Assembly (NCBI RefSeq): GCF_004010195.1
Contig: NC_057728.1
Location: 40,364,231-40,428,230, forward strand
Direction of reading: 5' to 3'
From: Chiloscyllium plagiosum
Taxonomy: Eukaryota
Length of the DNA stretch: 64,000 nt
The translations under genes were made by a program, and so were the position numbers. Below, in pieces: positions 50,666-64,000 of the stretch; position 1 is the stretch's first letter, and each line of letters begins with the position of its first letter. The notes under the pieces are model-generated. The model was not told the DNA's origin. It was given only the letters and a program-made list of their open reading frames with translations, and did not search any database.

Positions 50666-52329
50666 ATAAGTAAACTCAAGGCAGGCACTGTTGTATCAAG
50701 CAAGAGAAATTAACCACCAAGCAAAGACCTAATGAGGATCATGTTTAAGGAAACAAAGATTGTGAAAAATTAGAAACCGCAGAAACACCAGATAGAAACT
50801 TACAGTGGGAGACCATTAAAACGGGGTGGCAAGGTTATGACTGGTGAATAGGAAGATTTATCAGCATGCAGAGATCCCCATTATTTTTGCCTTCTTGAGC
50901 CTGAGGTGATTGCATTGTCTGGAACAAGTGAGCCAGATAAATAATAACCACATCTCCAAAGACATACTGTATGGTGAGCTTGCTATCAGCACAAAACCAA
51001 TAGGTTGCTCCTAATTGCGATACAAGAATGTCTGCAAGGAAAACCCCAAGTTGACCAAGATCAGAGTTAATGTAAGGGAGTGTCTGGACACAAGCAGTTG
51101 AAAAAGGTGTGGAAAACATTTAAGACAAAAGAAATGACCAGGTTATGGAAAACAAATCCATTGGAAAGAAAAAAAAGCAATCAGTTGGCCTTGGGCAAAT
51201 GCTATTTATCTGTTCCTACTGCAGAAGAGATTACCATTCGTGAAACATTATCTACAGCCACAATAGACAATATTCAATCCAGAAGTACTAAACACTCTAG
51301 TCACAGTCCATTGTCTCTCGATGTCATAACCAGCATCATCATCAGAATATAAGAGTTTTCATTTATTAAATGTCAATGGTGGAATGATTTGGTATTTGAA
51401 AATTCAATGAAAAGAATTACCTAGCAGCATCTAGAACAGAGTAAATTCTCTCAATCAAATCAAACTGGAGCACTGACCTCTGCCTCTGTTCATTACTTCA
51501 TGTTCTGATTTTAAATATTATAGGATCAATATCAATTCTCATTTCTTTAAAGAAAACACAATCTCACACTTGTTTAGCCATGTACCAAGATACAAACGTC
51601 AAAAATCACAGTTGTGCTGAATATATTATATGAAGAGTTTATAACACAAGAATATTCAGTCAATGCATTCAATCAAAACTGTGATCTATAGATTTTTGGA
51701 TGAATACCATTGGAATTAAGAGATATGAGATAGTGCAAGAAGGTGGAGGTGAATCCAGCCATGCTCACATTTATTGGCAGATCAGGCTCTACGTCCCAAA
51801 TGCCCTACTTCACTTGTTTTTACATTCTTATGTTACAATACGATTGAAACAAATTTCAGCTCCTTTGATGTTGCACATGGCACTGATATCAGAACACAAT
51901 ATCTATGTAATCCAATTAGAGTGAAAGAGTTTCATTTTTCATTGCTGAATTACGCTAGTTGATTCAACAGCATGTATCCCATTTTCAACTGTCAATTTTT
52001 CCATTGAAGATCAAATACTGTTGAAAGTACACATGAAACTAATGGTAGTTTGGCAGTAAAGTTATTTCATTAATGCCCACAATTAAGAAATCCGACAGTC
52101 TCTGAATATCAGCTATGTTTTTAACTCTGTGGAAGTCTTGCCTGATTATTGTTGCTCATAATATTCAGCCACTTCGAACTTCAGTAATAATACGAATAAA
52201 TGTTTGTTAGAAATGTTTTGATTGATTCTATTAAGAAGTGTTTACTATTTGATTATTGGTTGAGAGATTTTCAAAGAATAAGCATATTTTCTAAACTAGA
52301 CAAAAGCCGAATATTACAAAAACACATCA

Positions 52330-53172
52330 ATTAAATGAGTCGGAAAAACTGAATTCAATAGAGTTCAATTTGGGGGAATATGAATTAAATATTTAAACAG
52401 CAAGCAACAAGCACTTGGGGAAGTGAAGATGTATGGATGTTTACGTGTGTAAATCATTAACTGATCATAGACAGGTACAAAAAACAATCAGAAAGTCTAA
52501 TGGAATGTTGTTTTTTTATTTGAAATGGGCTGAATTACAAAGGGGAGAAAATTATGCTGCAATTATACAGATCCTACCTGGAAACAGGGATCTGGGCATC
52601 ACAACTCCAGAAAGGCATGTTGACATTGGAGGGGTATACTGCAGGTTTAGTGCTGGTGCCAGGGCTAAGTGAGTTAGAAAGTGAAGATAGATTTCATACA
52701 AAAGCAAAGATTCTGAAGATCTGAGATAAAAACAGAAAATGAAGAACTTACTAGGTCAGGCACTTCACATTAAGAGAGAAACAAAGTTGAGTCTGTATTC
52801 CACTGAATATAAAAGGTGAAGTGCTAAAGCTTAAATGTTATTAAAATAATAAAGGGATTGGACAGTGCACACGCAGAATAAATAGTTATTTTAGGGAATT
52901 CTAGAACATATTGGCATAACCATAAAATTGGAGCCAGGACACTGAAGAATTAAATCAACGAAGCACTTCTTCAACCACAAATCTAGCATGTTCTGTCTCT
53001 TCTATAAGGCTACAGAAGAGATAAGGTCAATTGGATCTTTCAAGACTGAGATTGATTTTTTGATAAGGAATATGGAGCAAAGATGGATTGATGGGTTTGA
53101 TGTGCAACTCAGTCTTTATCTAATTGAACAAGAGAACAAGGTCAAGGGTTGAATGGCCTACTTCTGTTCTGA
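52330..53172 (+). mobile_element. Very degenerate CR1-type fragment with a nested Penelope-type fragment (~52700-52792)
   Basis: caggtacaaaaaacaatcagaaagtctaatggaatg and a CR1 3' UTR (gggttgaatggcctacttctgttc); nested ctgagataaaaacagaaaatg...gagagaaacaaagtt. Confidence 0.6.
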
Positions 53173-53761
53173 TCGCCAAGACTGATTGTGAATTAAAGTA
53201 TATAATTTCAACACTCTACAACAAGAAATGTCTAATAATAGCAGAATCTGGTGCAAAAGAACATAAAGATAAATACTTTTATTGACAAGAGCCAATACCC
53301 AACTAGCCAGAATTATAATGAAACAACTGTATTGCAGAAAAAAAATTCATAAACTGAACCTGTCATTAAGTGTCATTCTAATTGTATAACAACTCAGTGC
53401 ATATATGTTGATCAGCTTGTGTGAAAATGGTAGAGATAAGAAATCCAATGAAATAAATCAAATGTACTGCCAGAAGACAGTGTGGTTAGGAGATTTGTAG
53501 AAACTGGATTTATTATTTTGTGCTCATCTGAAAAGAAATCAGCATTTTTCGTTCCTGTTTTAACTTTTGTAGAATTGCATTTAAGCTACCTGCCAAAATT
53601 CATGGTCTATTGCAATGTTTTGAAGCACTTGTTCCAATAGTCATGATGATTACTTCATATCCACACCACTCATTATCTATAGATTTACAACTGGACAAGT
53701 TACCAATCCCTATTGCTGTAAGGGTGCTATAAATCATCAATTAACATCGCAAATATATTTT

Positions 53762-54069
53762 TTAGATTAGATTAGATTACATTACATTACAGTGTGGAAA
53801 CAGGCCCTTCGGCCCAACAAGTCCACACCCTCCCGCCGAAGCGAAACCCACCCATACCCCTACATTTACCCCTTACCTAACACTACGGGCAATTTAGCAT
53901 AGCCAATTCACCTGACCCTGCACATCTTTGGACTGTGGGAGGAAACCGGAGCACCCGGAGGAAACCCACGTAGACACGGGAAGAACGTGCAAACTCCACA
54001 CAGTCAGTGGCCTGAGGCGGGAATTGAACCTGGGTCTCAGGCGCTGTGAGGCAGCAGTGCTAACCACTG
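53762..54069 (-). mobile_element. HE1-type SINE, young (CpG-rich)
   Basis: (agatt)n tail and ggaggaaaccggagcacccggaggaaaccc. Confidence 0.95.
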
Positions 54070-55373
54070 CTCTGACCACTTGTCCTATCTTATATGATTT
54101 ACTGTCAAGAAGAACATTCATAAACATGACAATAAATAAATGAGTATAAAATAATTTGCAAGTTTATGTTTCACAAATATGTACTTCTAAACTTTCCATT
54201 TAATACATTCTAACATTCCCCTTTCATTGCCTTATACAGTACTTGGCATTGTCAAAATACAGTACCTACATATCAACTAATAATCACTTCGTATGAATCA
54301 AAAATTTAAATGTGGCATGTGTAAATATGATAGTTGCTGTCTTAATAATTGAATGGCAAAATTAATCACTATTTTGCTAAATTAGTTTGCAATATATGCA
54401 AAGTATAATGAAGAAAAGTCTTCGGTTTTCTACAATGTATTTTGTAACACCATAAGCTGTTTTGCCATTAATTCTTTTCAACATTTATTGATAGAAGATG
54501 CCCTAGCCTTCAATTGCTTAATAAATGAACATACATAAAATATTTTATTTGTTGTGATTATGTTTGGAAATCTTCACTTTAATTTGAATGGCAAATTGAT
54601 ATTTTACTGTACACTCTTTATTATACATATACATTTACTCATGAAATATACATAAAGATTCATTGTTATAAGAATGTTCATGCCACTTAGGATAAAGTTT
54701 TAATGTAGTGTAGATAGATTTTTCCTTTTTTTTCTTCGGGGCTTTTACTTACTTCAATAGGGAGTTCAAGCAAATGATCCTTAGACATCTCTGTGACACA
54801 GGCACTATGTTCTTCACATACTATTTGAAACTATTGGAATTAAGTTCTCTTACTACAGATCTAATTAAAGGAAACTAGCAGCCCCAGTAAATTAATTTAA
54901 CTCTATTCTTGCTGGAATGTAATACAACATATGCTGCCATCAAAAATCCTACTGAAACAACTTCAGAAGATAATCTAAAGCAGATTAAAATGACAAGTGA
55001 AGTAGATTCAAAATGTGTAATATTATCTATAAAAAACATTATCAATACCCAATGGTCATTTTGTTTTAAGTTGGCACTGTCATTTTATTTAAGATATCAA
55101 TCCACCTTTTTTGCACAACTGGGCATGTGCAGCAAAGTAAAGGAGTCAGCTTCTGTGCTGCCTGTACAGAGTCATTTTAGGTTGGTGTATTTTTAATATA
55201 GATGCACATTGGGAGAGCAAATACACATGGGCAAATTATATGTTCAATTTTTTTCCAGGCTTGAAGAGAACATATTGAGACAATGGCCATTTTAAAGTTA
55301 CTCTGCCATTCATTTCTCAAGTGTACTTATTTGTGCTAGACTAAGAGACCAGATTCATTGGAGGATAATTAGG

Positions 55374-55797
55374 AATCATATAGTCAAAGAGGTCTACAGC
55401 ATGGAAAAAGGCCCTTCGGCCCAACTTGCCTATGCCAGCCAGTTTTCACAGCTTAAACCATTCCCATTTGCTGCAGTTGTTCAATCTCCCTCCACACTGT
55501 CCAATCATGTACCTATCTAATGTTTCTTAAAAGATGAGATTGTACTTGCTTCCACCATCACATCTGCCAGCTCATTCCTGCACTCACTGTCCTCTGTGTG
55601 AAAACATGGCTCCTCTGGACCCTTTGTTATCTCTCACCTTAAACCTCTAGTTTTAAATGCCCTTACCATGGGGAAAAGCTATTTACCTTATCTGTGCCTC
55701 TCATGATTTTATAGACCTCTATAAGATCACCCCTCAGTCTCCTGTGCTCCAGGGAAACAAGTCCCAACCTATTCAGCCTGTTCTTATAACTCAAACA
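55374..55797 (-). mobile_element. CR1-type LINE 3' fragment
   Basis: cagcatggaaaaaggcccttcggccca and catgattttatagacctctataagatcacccctcag. Confidence 0.88.
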
Positions 55798-57127
55798 ATT
55801 TCAGTGGGAGTTGTTTTGATAACTGGTAAATTTGCTTGGTTGACATCTTTAAATGATTATAATAAGTGTTTTATACCTTTTGATAGTTGCTGTGTATTTA
55901 TTTACACAAGACTAAAATGAAGAAAGTGATTAACTTCATAATGTTTGAAGTTATTGATATTTTAATAGGTTCTTTAATTGACATGTTTTAGAAAGTTGTA
56001 GGAATACCAATTTTGATTTATGAATAATGTATTCTTTCAGATCGGTTCCACTTGTGCCACTCTATCGATATGGCTCATTAGTTGTGTACATAGTTTTCAC
56101 TCAGTGAATGGGCTTGAAAGGACCGTAAATTGGCATGAAGGCTATAAGGGGTCAAGTGGGTGTGTGGGATCAGAAGGTGTGATCAGTTGTAATGGGGGGA
56201 GCATGGTGGGCTTTCCAAGAAAGCAAAGGCAATTTTACCAGACTAGTAGATGTAATAGCCAATCAGTAGGGGATGATAAATCACCACATGAATGCCATTA
56301 GAAAAGCCTTCATCTCCATCCAAGTGATATACCCATGAAGGAAGGGAAAAAGTACACTGCACTCTAAACTTGACACTAATATCAGCACAAGTATCATCCC
56401 TTTACACATCTTACATTAGATGAACTCAGGAAGCTGGCACAATGAATTTGCAACAGATCTAACAACCTACGCATTGGCATTATGCATCTGAAATGTCACT
56501 GCAGCTCCCAGGATAGACACCTGAAACCTTTTCCATTGTTGAGACAGATGGACCCCTATCACTGGTTTACTGGCAAGCATGTATCGACATGTTACTATGA
56601 TCCATAATGTGATAAATCCAACAGTTGCAATACCAAAGCTTCAAGACTGGAACAGCAATTTGGTACATTTTGGTCGCAGCTGAATAATGTGGATTCAGCA
56701 AACTATGTCAGATGATGACCAGCCACAGAAACTTAAGAAGATAACAATTAATGAGTTGCCTGAACCCCTGAACTAGCATGTTCTGATAGTTAAAGATGAA
56801 AGAGATTTTAAAGAATATAATTTTCAAAGGCAAACAAGTCATACTTCCATAAGTTATACATCAATGTGTGTCAGACCACAAACATGTATACAAATGCAAA
56901 AAAACCCGCAAGATTGTTGTGTGAATCTATATATTAGCCCAACATTAATAAAAACATCAATCAACTAATCAAATCATGTGAACATGTCAATTTTACCAAC
57001 CTTAACTATCAAGGGAACCGTTCATTGCATATGAGATTTTTTTTGAGCTGTGGTAAGAGATTGTTATTGACATTTGCCACTCCAAAGATGGGATTACATT
57101 CTGTTGACTGACTAGCTCACCAATGAC

Positions 57128-57455
57128 AGTTCAGTGGTGAGCACAGCTACCTTGCAGTGCCAGGGACCCAGGTTCAATTCCAGCCTTGGGTGACAATCTG
57201 TGTGTAGTTTGCACAGTCTCCCCATGTTTGTATGGATTTCCAACAGGTGCTCTGGTCTCCTCACACAGTCTAAAGATGTGTAGGTTAGATGGTTTGGCCA
57301 TGTGAAATTGCCCCATAATGTCGAGGGATATGCAGGCTAGGTGGATTAGCCATAGTAAATGCATGGTTATAGGAATAGGGTGGGGGCTAGTCTGGGTGAG
57401 ATGCTCTTTGATGGGCTGAATGACCCCTTTTTGCACTGCAGGGATTCTACAATTC
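57128..57455 (+). mobile_element. HE1-type SINE, older
   Basis: B box ggttcaattcc, HE1 body, gggattcta tail. Confidence 0.88.
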
Positions 57456-59510
57456 ACATTCCTTTTTGAATCATTTATTAAAGATACCAGTAGAGTGGTT
57501 GTTGCCACATTAACTGCCATATCCAGTATGCTCAGTGATCCCTGATAAATTATTTTTAAGTCAGTCCTCAATTCATTAGTGCACATTTCAATGACATGCA
57601 GTAATTAGGGTTTTCGACATATTTATTCCGTGCCTCACAACCCTCAGTCTAATGGACCTGCAAAATGGTACTGCTCCTACATTAAAACTGATGGTCACTG
57701 AATGGAAAACAACTTGACAATATTTTAAATCAATGTGCTACATCTCTAGATGATGGTTTGGTCTCACCCACAGCTCTCATACTTGGGAAGCATATCCCCA
57801 CAGCTCTCCCCTCACACACTGTCAGCATCCAACCAAAACTGAAGCATGTTTGAAAAGAAGGGAGAAGTGGGAGACAAGAGCATGATTAATGGTCAATTGT
57901 CTCAATTTGAACCAGGACAAAGCATAACACTTCAAGATTTTCACATAAGCATGTGGGTTTGTGAAAATGTTGCTTTGTGATTGTAACCTGCCTAAGTCAT
58001 CTGATATTGCAATGAGAAATGCTTGAGTCCTGATAAGAATTAGATTACACATCCAAACCATGTGCAGGTATCCCTACCACAGGATGGTGATTTGGATGTT
58101 GAAGCTATCAACTTTACATCTATGACAAATGATTCACATTAATTTGTGACAACAGATGGCACATTGCAGAGCGAAGCAACACTGCCATGTCATGATAACT
58201 ATATAAGGACTACAGCTGATTGTGTCATGTGTCTACCAATGTATTGAGACGACAAATGTATCTGCATCCTTTTACATATTATTGGAAAAAAGGTTTTCAT
58301 TTGTTGGAAGGTAAACGGGGGTATTATACTAGCCAGGTGTGGTTTCATACAGGTCTGTACTTTACAACAGTTACATGACATCATGGTATTGGATTTTCCA
58401 GCCACCTCACCTGCAGTCACTCTCTCTGTGTCATGGTGCAGTTTCCTCAGTCAGTCAGATATGTGTATGCAATGCACAATAACATCAGTAGGACAGAACC
58501 CAGGCGATGTGAATAACTCTGTGATATTGTCACTCTGTATGAAATTAGTTGTTGATAAACTTCATGACATCTGTCTCACAAAGAACCTAATTCTCTGTGC
58601 TATATGTTCTGTTCTGCTCCAAAATAACCACAAGGTACATCACAGTAATGCCTCAAATCAGATGAAAAATTCATTTGCAAATTGGGTACATTTAAAGTTG
58701 ATATATAGCTGTTTGGAAAGTAGTGCAGCAATCAGTACTTATGCAATGCTATTTTTATTTTGTGCTATGCTTTCCCTGAATTCAATCTGTCTGCCATTCA
58801 TTTAAAAGATTGTATTACAGTCATCAAAAATCGTTTTCACATTGCAGATTTTAATTTCAAATTTTCTTTAAATTATATCAGAATGATTGTAAAAACATTC
58901 TAACACCAGTACATGCCTGCTGATATTAGTCCTGCTTGAATAATCTGTAATAGATTGCTTATTAAAATGCTGCACTTTTCAAAATTATCAGATAGAAGGA
59001 AAAACATTTCACAATTCTGCAAATTAATATTAATTAAGGCTTTATCTGTCATTGAAACATGTTAGAATCTTTTATAAATGAGTTAATAACAGAACATTTA
59101 GAAATACATAATCTAACTAATTAGAGTCAGCATAGATTCAAGAAAGGGAAACCATGCCTAACAAATATATTATAATTCTTTGAGAAGGCAACAATCACAA
59201 TAGATAAAGGCAAACCAAAGTTGCACTATATCTTGATTTCCAAAGAGCGTTTGATAAGTTATCACACAGAAAGCTACTGAATAAGGTGAATCCATGTTAT
59301 TGGCGGTACAATATTAGCATAGATAGAGATTTGGCCAACTAATAGAAAAGGGAAAGTTTGCATAAAAGAGCATTTGTTGGATTGCAACCTGTCACCAGTG
59401 GAAATTCACAGGGATCAGACACTGTGACATATATTTACAATATTCATTACTATCTTGGGTGAGGGAAATAAATATTCTATTTCCAAATTTGCTGATGACA
59501 CAAGAATATG

Positions 59511-59925
59511 GTTAAAAATCACACAATACCAGGTTACAGTCCAACAGGTTTATTTGGAAGCATTAGCTTTCGGAGTGCTGCTCCTTCATCAGGTGGTTGT
59601 GGAACAGGACCATAGGACACAGAATTTATAGCAAAAGATTAGAGTGCCATGCAACTGAAATAATATATTGATCAAACCCAGATTGCTGTTAAGTCTTTCA
59701 TCTTTTAGAATGGCTTGCAGGTATAGGTTCATTAATATGTAAATCTCAGAATTTCTTTTAAGTCACATTCTCAAGATAACAAGGTTTTATAAAAAAAAGT
59801 GACATCTCAGATCAGACAATGCATTAAAGGTATAAGGTTAGAGCCTGTCGGTATCCCAATCTTGAGTCAGAATGGTTCTATTTCCAAAGTAGGAATTTAT
59901 AAAATATTACATGGACTGATTGCAT
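59511..59925 (-). mobile_element. Penelope-type 3' fragment (second family) with hammerhead motif
   Basis: The reverse complement contains cacctgatgaaggagcagcactccgaaagctaatg followed by aataaacc. Confidence 0.75.
59561..59595 (-). ncRNA. Putative minimal type I hammerhead ribozyme motif
   Basis: CAC-CTGATGA-A-GGAG/CAGCA/CTCC-GAAA-GC-TA-ATG: intact core with a palindromic AGCT in place of stem III. Confidence 0.65.
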
Positions 59926-61768
59926 GCAGAAGGCTATTGAGGCTGTATCGTTAAGTATATTCAAGACTGAGATAAACATATTTCTACTTATTAAAGGAAT
60001 CAAATATTATGGAGAAAAGGCAGGAAAGTCGAATTCAGATTAGCCATGATTTTAATGCATAGAGGCAATTGTCCAAATGGTTTACCTCTGCTCCAATGTC
60101 TAATGCCCTAACAACCTTATAGAGTGGCAAACACCAGGTGGCTAAGTGGTAACATCACAATAATTTAGATAATTGCACTAAGCATGCAAAAAATTCTCAA
60201 GAATGTTCCATTTTTCTGAAGTGGAACATCATTCAGTAAATCATATTTGTGTTCTGTTGTTACAGCTTAATTTGCTGCCAATGTTCTAAGTAATCCACCT
60301 AATCTTCTCTGGATTAGCATCCAGGCTGCTAAAGGATTGTATGCTCAAAACTCACCAATGTCCCACTTCACTTTGAGATTGGGTCTAATCTTCCCCAAGT
60401 TTTGACTAGAAAGCAAATAACACTTGGTAAATTGTTGTATCCAGATAGTATTTTTCATTCATCCACCATGTCTTTTTTGGTGTTTTTAATTGGATATGCA
60501 CACTGTGACAGTGTAACTGATTATGTTACTCTGACGTCAGCAAGGCAAATCTAAGGAAAAAAGCTCAGACTGCAAAAAAAGCATACATAGACGTCTGGAA
60601 TACTGCACTAGACAGCTGTATTCAGTAATATGGGATATATAGGTGTAAACAAACAGTGTTACAGTATTGAAGGAATGAAAGTGATTTACTCCAGGATATG
60701 GAAACAATAGCCTCGAAGAGATACCCATAGCAGTAGCAAGGAGAGATATCTAACTACTAGTGGCAATGCCAGCCTAAATAAAACATTTCCATTTTTCCTA
60801 AATATGTGTTTTATTTGTCACACTTGTAAAAGTCCATTAAAATTATTTAAACTTGAAAATTACAGAAAGAGCAACTAATTCAAATTGCCTTCATACAACA
60901 CATTCCAGTCTTAGGTATCACAATACAATTATCATAGTCTTAATATTTACAATATTCATTCCATGTTAGCCATACAATCTGAGGGTATAATATTTCAAAT
61001 TGAATATTAATAAAGTGCAATAGAAATAAACTTTTCTGCTCATGCTGTGTCCTTGTCTGAAATGTCTCAGTCCAATTTCAATACGCTTGATGTTCACAAT
61101 GTGCATTCCTCATCAGGCATACAGCACAGTGGGTTCTACAGATTCCACCCTCTTGGTGTTCTATGGCTGAAAGGGCTTAGACACCAAGCAGCCCCCTCAT
61201 GCCTCTGCAGCATGTGGGAAGTATCTGATGGGAAGCGCCTTTCTCACCACTGGCCAAGCTATAACTCGGTCATTATTTGTAAGTTCTGGTGACAAGGTGC
61301 TATGCCAAATGACATCTGCTCAGCGATAGGATTTATCATCTTTTTTCACATGACCTCAAGGATGTTCTTGTTGTCTATTGTGTCTTACACTTGAGGTCAA
61401 AGGAGCTTTTGTTTCTTTATAAACAAAGCATTTTCCTTTCCCAGTGCTACACTTTCAACTTCTTTTCTTCATACAATTGGAACATTAAAAAATCAGTCCT
61501 TTTAACTTCTGAGTTTATAATATTACACTATTCTACCTGCAGTGGTCTTTACATCTGTACTGACTTAATTGCTGAGAAACCCAGTAAGTCTGTTTTTAAG
61601 ATTTTTCAGGTAAACTGAAAGTAGATTTGAAGGGAGTAATTTAATTATGTGTATTGGAATTAATAGGAAGTTGTGGAAAGAAGTCAGTAGACAGTAGTCA
61701 AAGCTGGATTTGTGGAGAGGTTTGGACAACGGCCTTTACCCCAACCCTCAGCAGCAGCTACTCCAATA

Positions 61769-62477
61769 TGTTATGAAGTTGAAGGCATGGACTATACCTT
61801 TAAGAAAGTATACCTGTACCTTTCAGAACTGAGAGATTATAAGAGCAGTCTCAGAGTGTACCGGGAAATTGAAAATATATAACACATGGCTGTGAAATGG
61901 TCACCCGATTTGGTTGCGGTTTTGACAACAATTCGAATTTAACTAATCAGTTTAAATTATGCCCCATGATACTAAAACCCAATTGCGTTTGAATTTATTG
62001 TTTTGCTAACATCGAACCAATGACACAATCCAATGTTGGGGATAAAAAAAAGGCAAGTATTTTAAAAATCAGACAGAGTAACTGCCATCAACACAGATCC
62101 AAGAAATGAGGAAACAATCTCGATTAAAGGTACCTTTTCATATGAAACATATTCACAATAAAAAGAAAGAAGACAACCCAGGGAGATCTTCAGATGGAAG
62201 AAGACAGACACCAAAGATGACAGCCGCTGTATGATTTTGAAATTAAGTTGATGTACTATTAACTGTTTTGTTGGAACAGTGTATTATTATAGCATTGAAG
62301 GCAGATAATAAGTTAAGACAATAGGGGACTTATAGTTGTTGTTTCATGTTCACTTTTAGAATTAGCAAAATAAATTGATGTTATTGCCTTGAGGTTCTCT
62401 GTCAGATTACAAGGTAAGGTGGACTTTTCTGGGTGTTTTGTTTAATTAACAGAAGGGTTCACATCCATGTCATAAAA
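61769..62477 (+). mobile_element. Solo LTR related to the Gmr1-like element
   Basis: tgttatgaag...tcataaaa termini and a 4-bp TSD aata/aatg. Shares motifs tttaaattat, tttgaattta, ccaatgacacaatc, aaggtacctt and aaataaa with the LTRs at 7041 and 12814. Confidence 0.85.
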
Positions 62478-64000
62478 AATGTCACTCTTTCACTCCTTCC
62501 CAATATTACAAAAGACAGTCCATTAAAATATGAATTCTAGTAGTTAGGTGCATGATACATACAGTGGCCTTTTGCACCTTTGTGGATTTTACGTTACTAA
62601 GAAACATTTTTTTGCTTTGTTGGCCAAGCCACAAAAATAAGCCCGATCCATTCTATAACAGATCACAAAGAGCTGTAGCAACATAAACTCACAGAGCACA
62701 GCACCTCAAGATTGAGTATTGTTCCTTCCCAGCGCACTGCTATATCTGCACTTCAGCTTTGTATACGTAATGCAACAGATCTCTTTAAATATTTCTGTGT
62801 GGTGCACAAAAATTATAAATGTGGTAAGTGTGTTATTAGTTTATTTCTTTAGCTTCTCCACCATTAAAAGAATCCAGGAAATAGATCAAAGGTCAGGGAA
62901 TGCTGTTATTGCAGTTTATTACATCAAATGACAGAAATTCATAGCCTGAGGACCAATGAAAAGCAATTTAATTCACCCTGCAGTTTATTTATTGGCACAT
63001 TATGACTGAGATTCTTTTTTCATTTTGAAACAGACTTTGTACATGTAAAGTAATTAGTTATGATGTTAATATGGTTCTAGATTTCAGAGTTGTTGAGGGA
63101 ATAGTTCCCAGTTCCCTGGAGAAATATTACCCAGTTGTAGTCGGCCAAGGATTTTTAGAACTAGTAAAGTGTGTTAACTGAAAGTTATTGTTGCCCTCAC
63201 AAGAAAGCTGGATGGTAGCTTCTGAAAAGATATTTCATCTTGAATATTGTACCATTAAGATATTGTGACCATTACTTAGCAAAGATAAAATGGACAAATG
63301 AAGAATGTCAATGGATATGAACATTCCATTGTTGTACCTCATTAGGTATAACATATTCTTTGAAAGCCAAACATATTGTGTCCTCTTATCAAGATATACA
63401 TTACGGTGGATCATGGATCATTTAAAAGATAATTTGAAGAGGAAAAATTCAAGGCCTAGTAGAATTATATCAGGTTACAATTGAGGGTCTTATAATGACA
63501 AAATTATACATTCAAATGAACTAAAATGTTCTTACAGAGATAAAATGGAAATTACACCTGAATTCTGAAATACAAATAGAAAACTCTGGATATACAAAGA
63601 ACCCTTAGCACATTTAGGAAATTATAAAGAACTCTTACCTGCTTTAATAAAGAAAATTATGGTTCGATGATTCAACTCTTTCTCCAAAGTTGGAAGTAGG
63701 ATGCTAAGTTATAAAATTGAGAATGAAGCCAACACTTTTGAAGGCTCTGCCACTAAAACTACCAAAGAAAACAGAGGATACAAAATATTCCAAAATCAGC
63801 AGAGTGGAGGACACAAGTAGGTCTAGAAAAGGCTTCAGAAGTAAAGATGAAGAAAGACGTTGAAATAAATGCACAGATAGTGAAAGAGGAGAGATTGTTT
63901 TAGCCTCTGATCTTGAGAAGCCTGCATCACCTACTGGCCTTGAAGGATAGGTACCATAGCTAAAGGACATGTAGTTATGTGGAAGAGCTGCAAATCATCT

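Larger units (their letters stand above)
59060..60110 (+). mobile_element. CR1-type LINE fragment split by a Penelope-type insertion
   Basis: SQHRFKKGKPCLTN, LDFQRAFDK and SKFADDT (to ~59505); the 3' part resumes at ~59926. Confidence 0.85.

Noticed and set aside
58383..58805. 140-aa plus-strand ORF
   Set aside because: No recognisable domain and an atypical composition; more likely antisense to an old transposon remnant, or chance.

Overview
Eukaryotic, AT-rich, repeat-dense non-coding DNA. The repeat content (HE1-type SINEs, HER1/CR1 LINEs, SacSINE1-like DeuSINE) points to a cartilaginous fish, most likely a shark; this is an inference. No host protein-coding exon or RNA gene could be supported, and almost all ORFs in the track are decayed transposon fragments or chance ORFs. 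The main structure is a full-length but dead Gmr1-like Ty3/gypsy LTR retrotransposon (7041-13526). It has both LTRs, a tRNA-Pro-like PBS, a PPT, a SCAN-like gag and the unusual pol order PR-IN-RT-RH; a related solo LTR lies at 61769-62477. The most interesting signal is a family of ~130-bp Penelope-type mini-elements. They start at a minimal hammerhead-ribozyme motif (CTGATGA-stem-GAAA), and three copies are flanked by 13-14 bp target-site duplications. Also present: an 81-bp-arm near-perfect palindrome at the 5' junction of a Rex1 LINE, a Tigger-like MITE spanning a 461-N assembly gap, Harbinger remnants, and many nested CR1/SINE insertions. Boundaries of old repeats were read by eye and are approximate.
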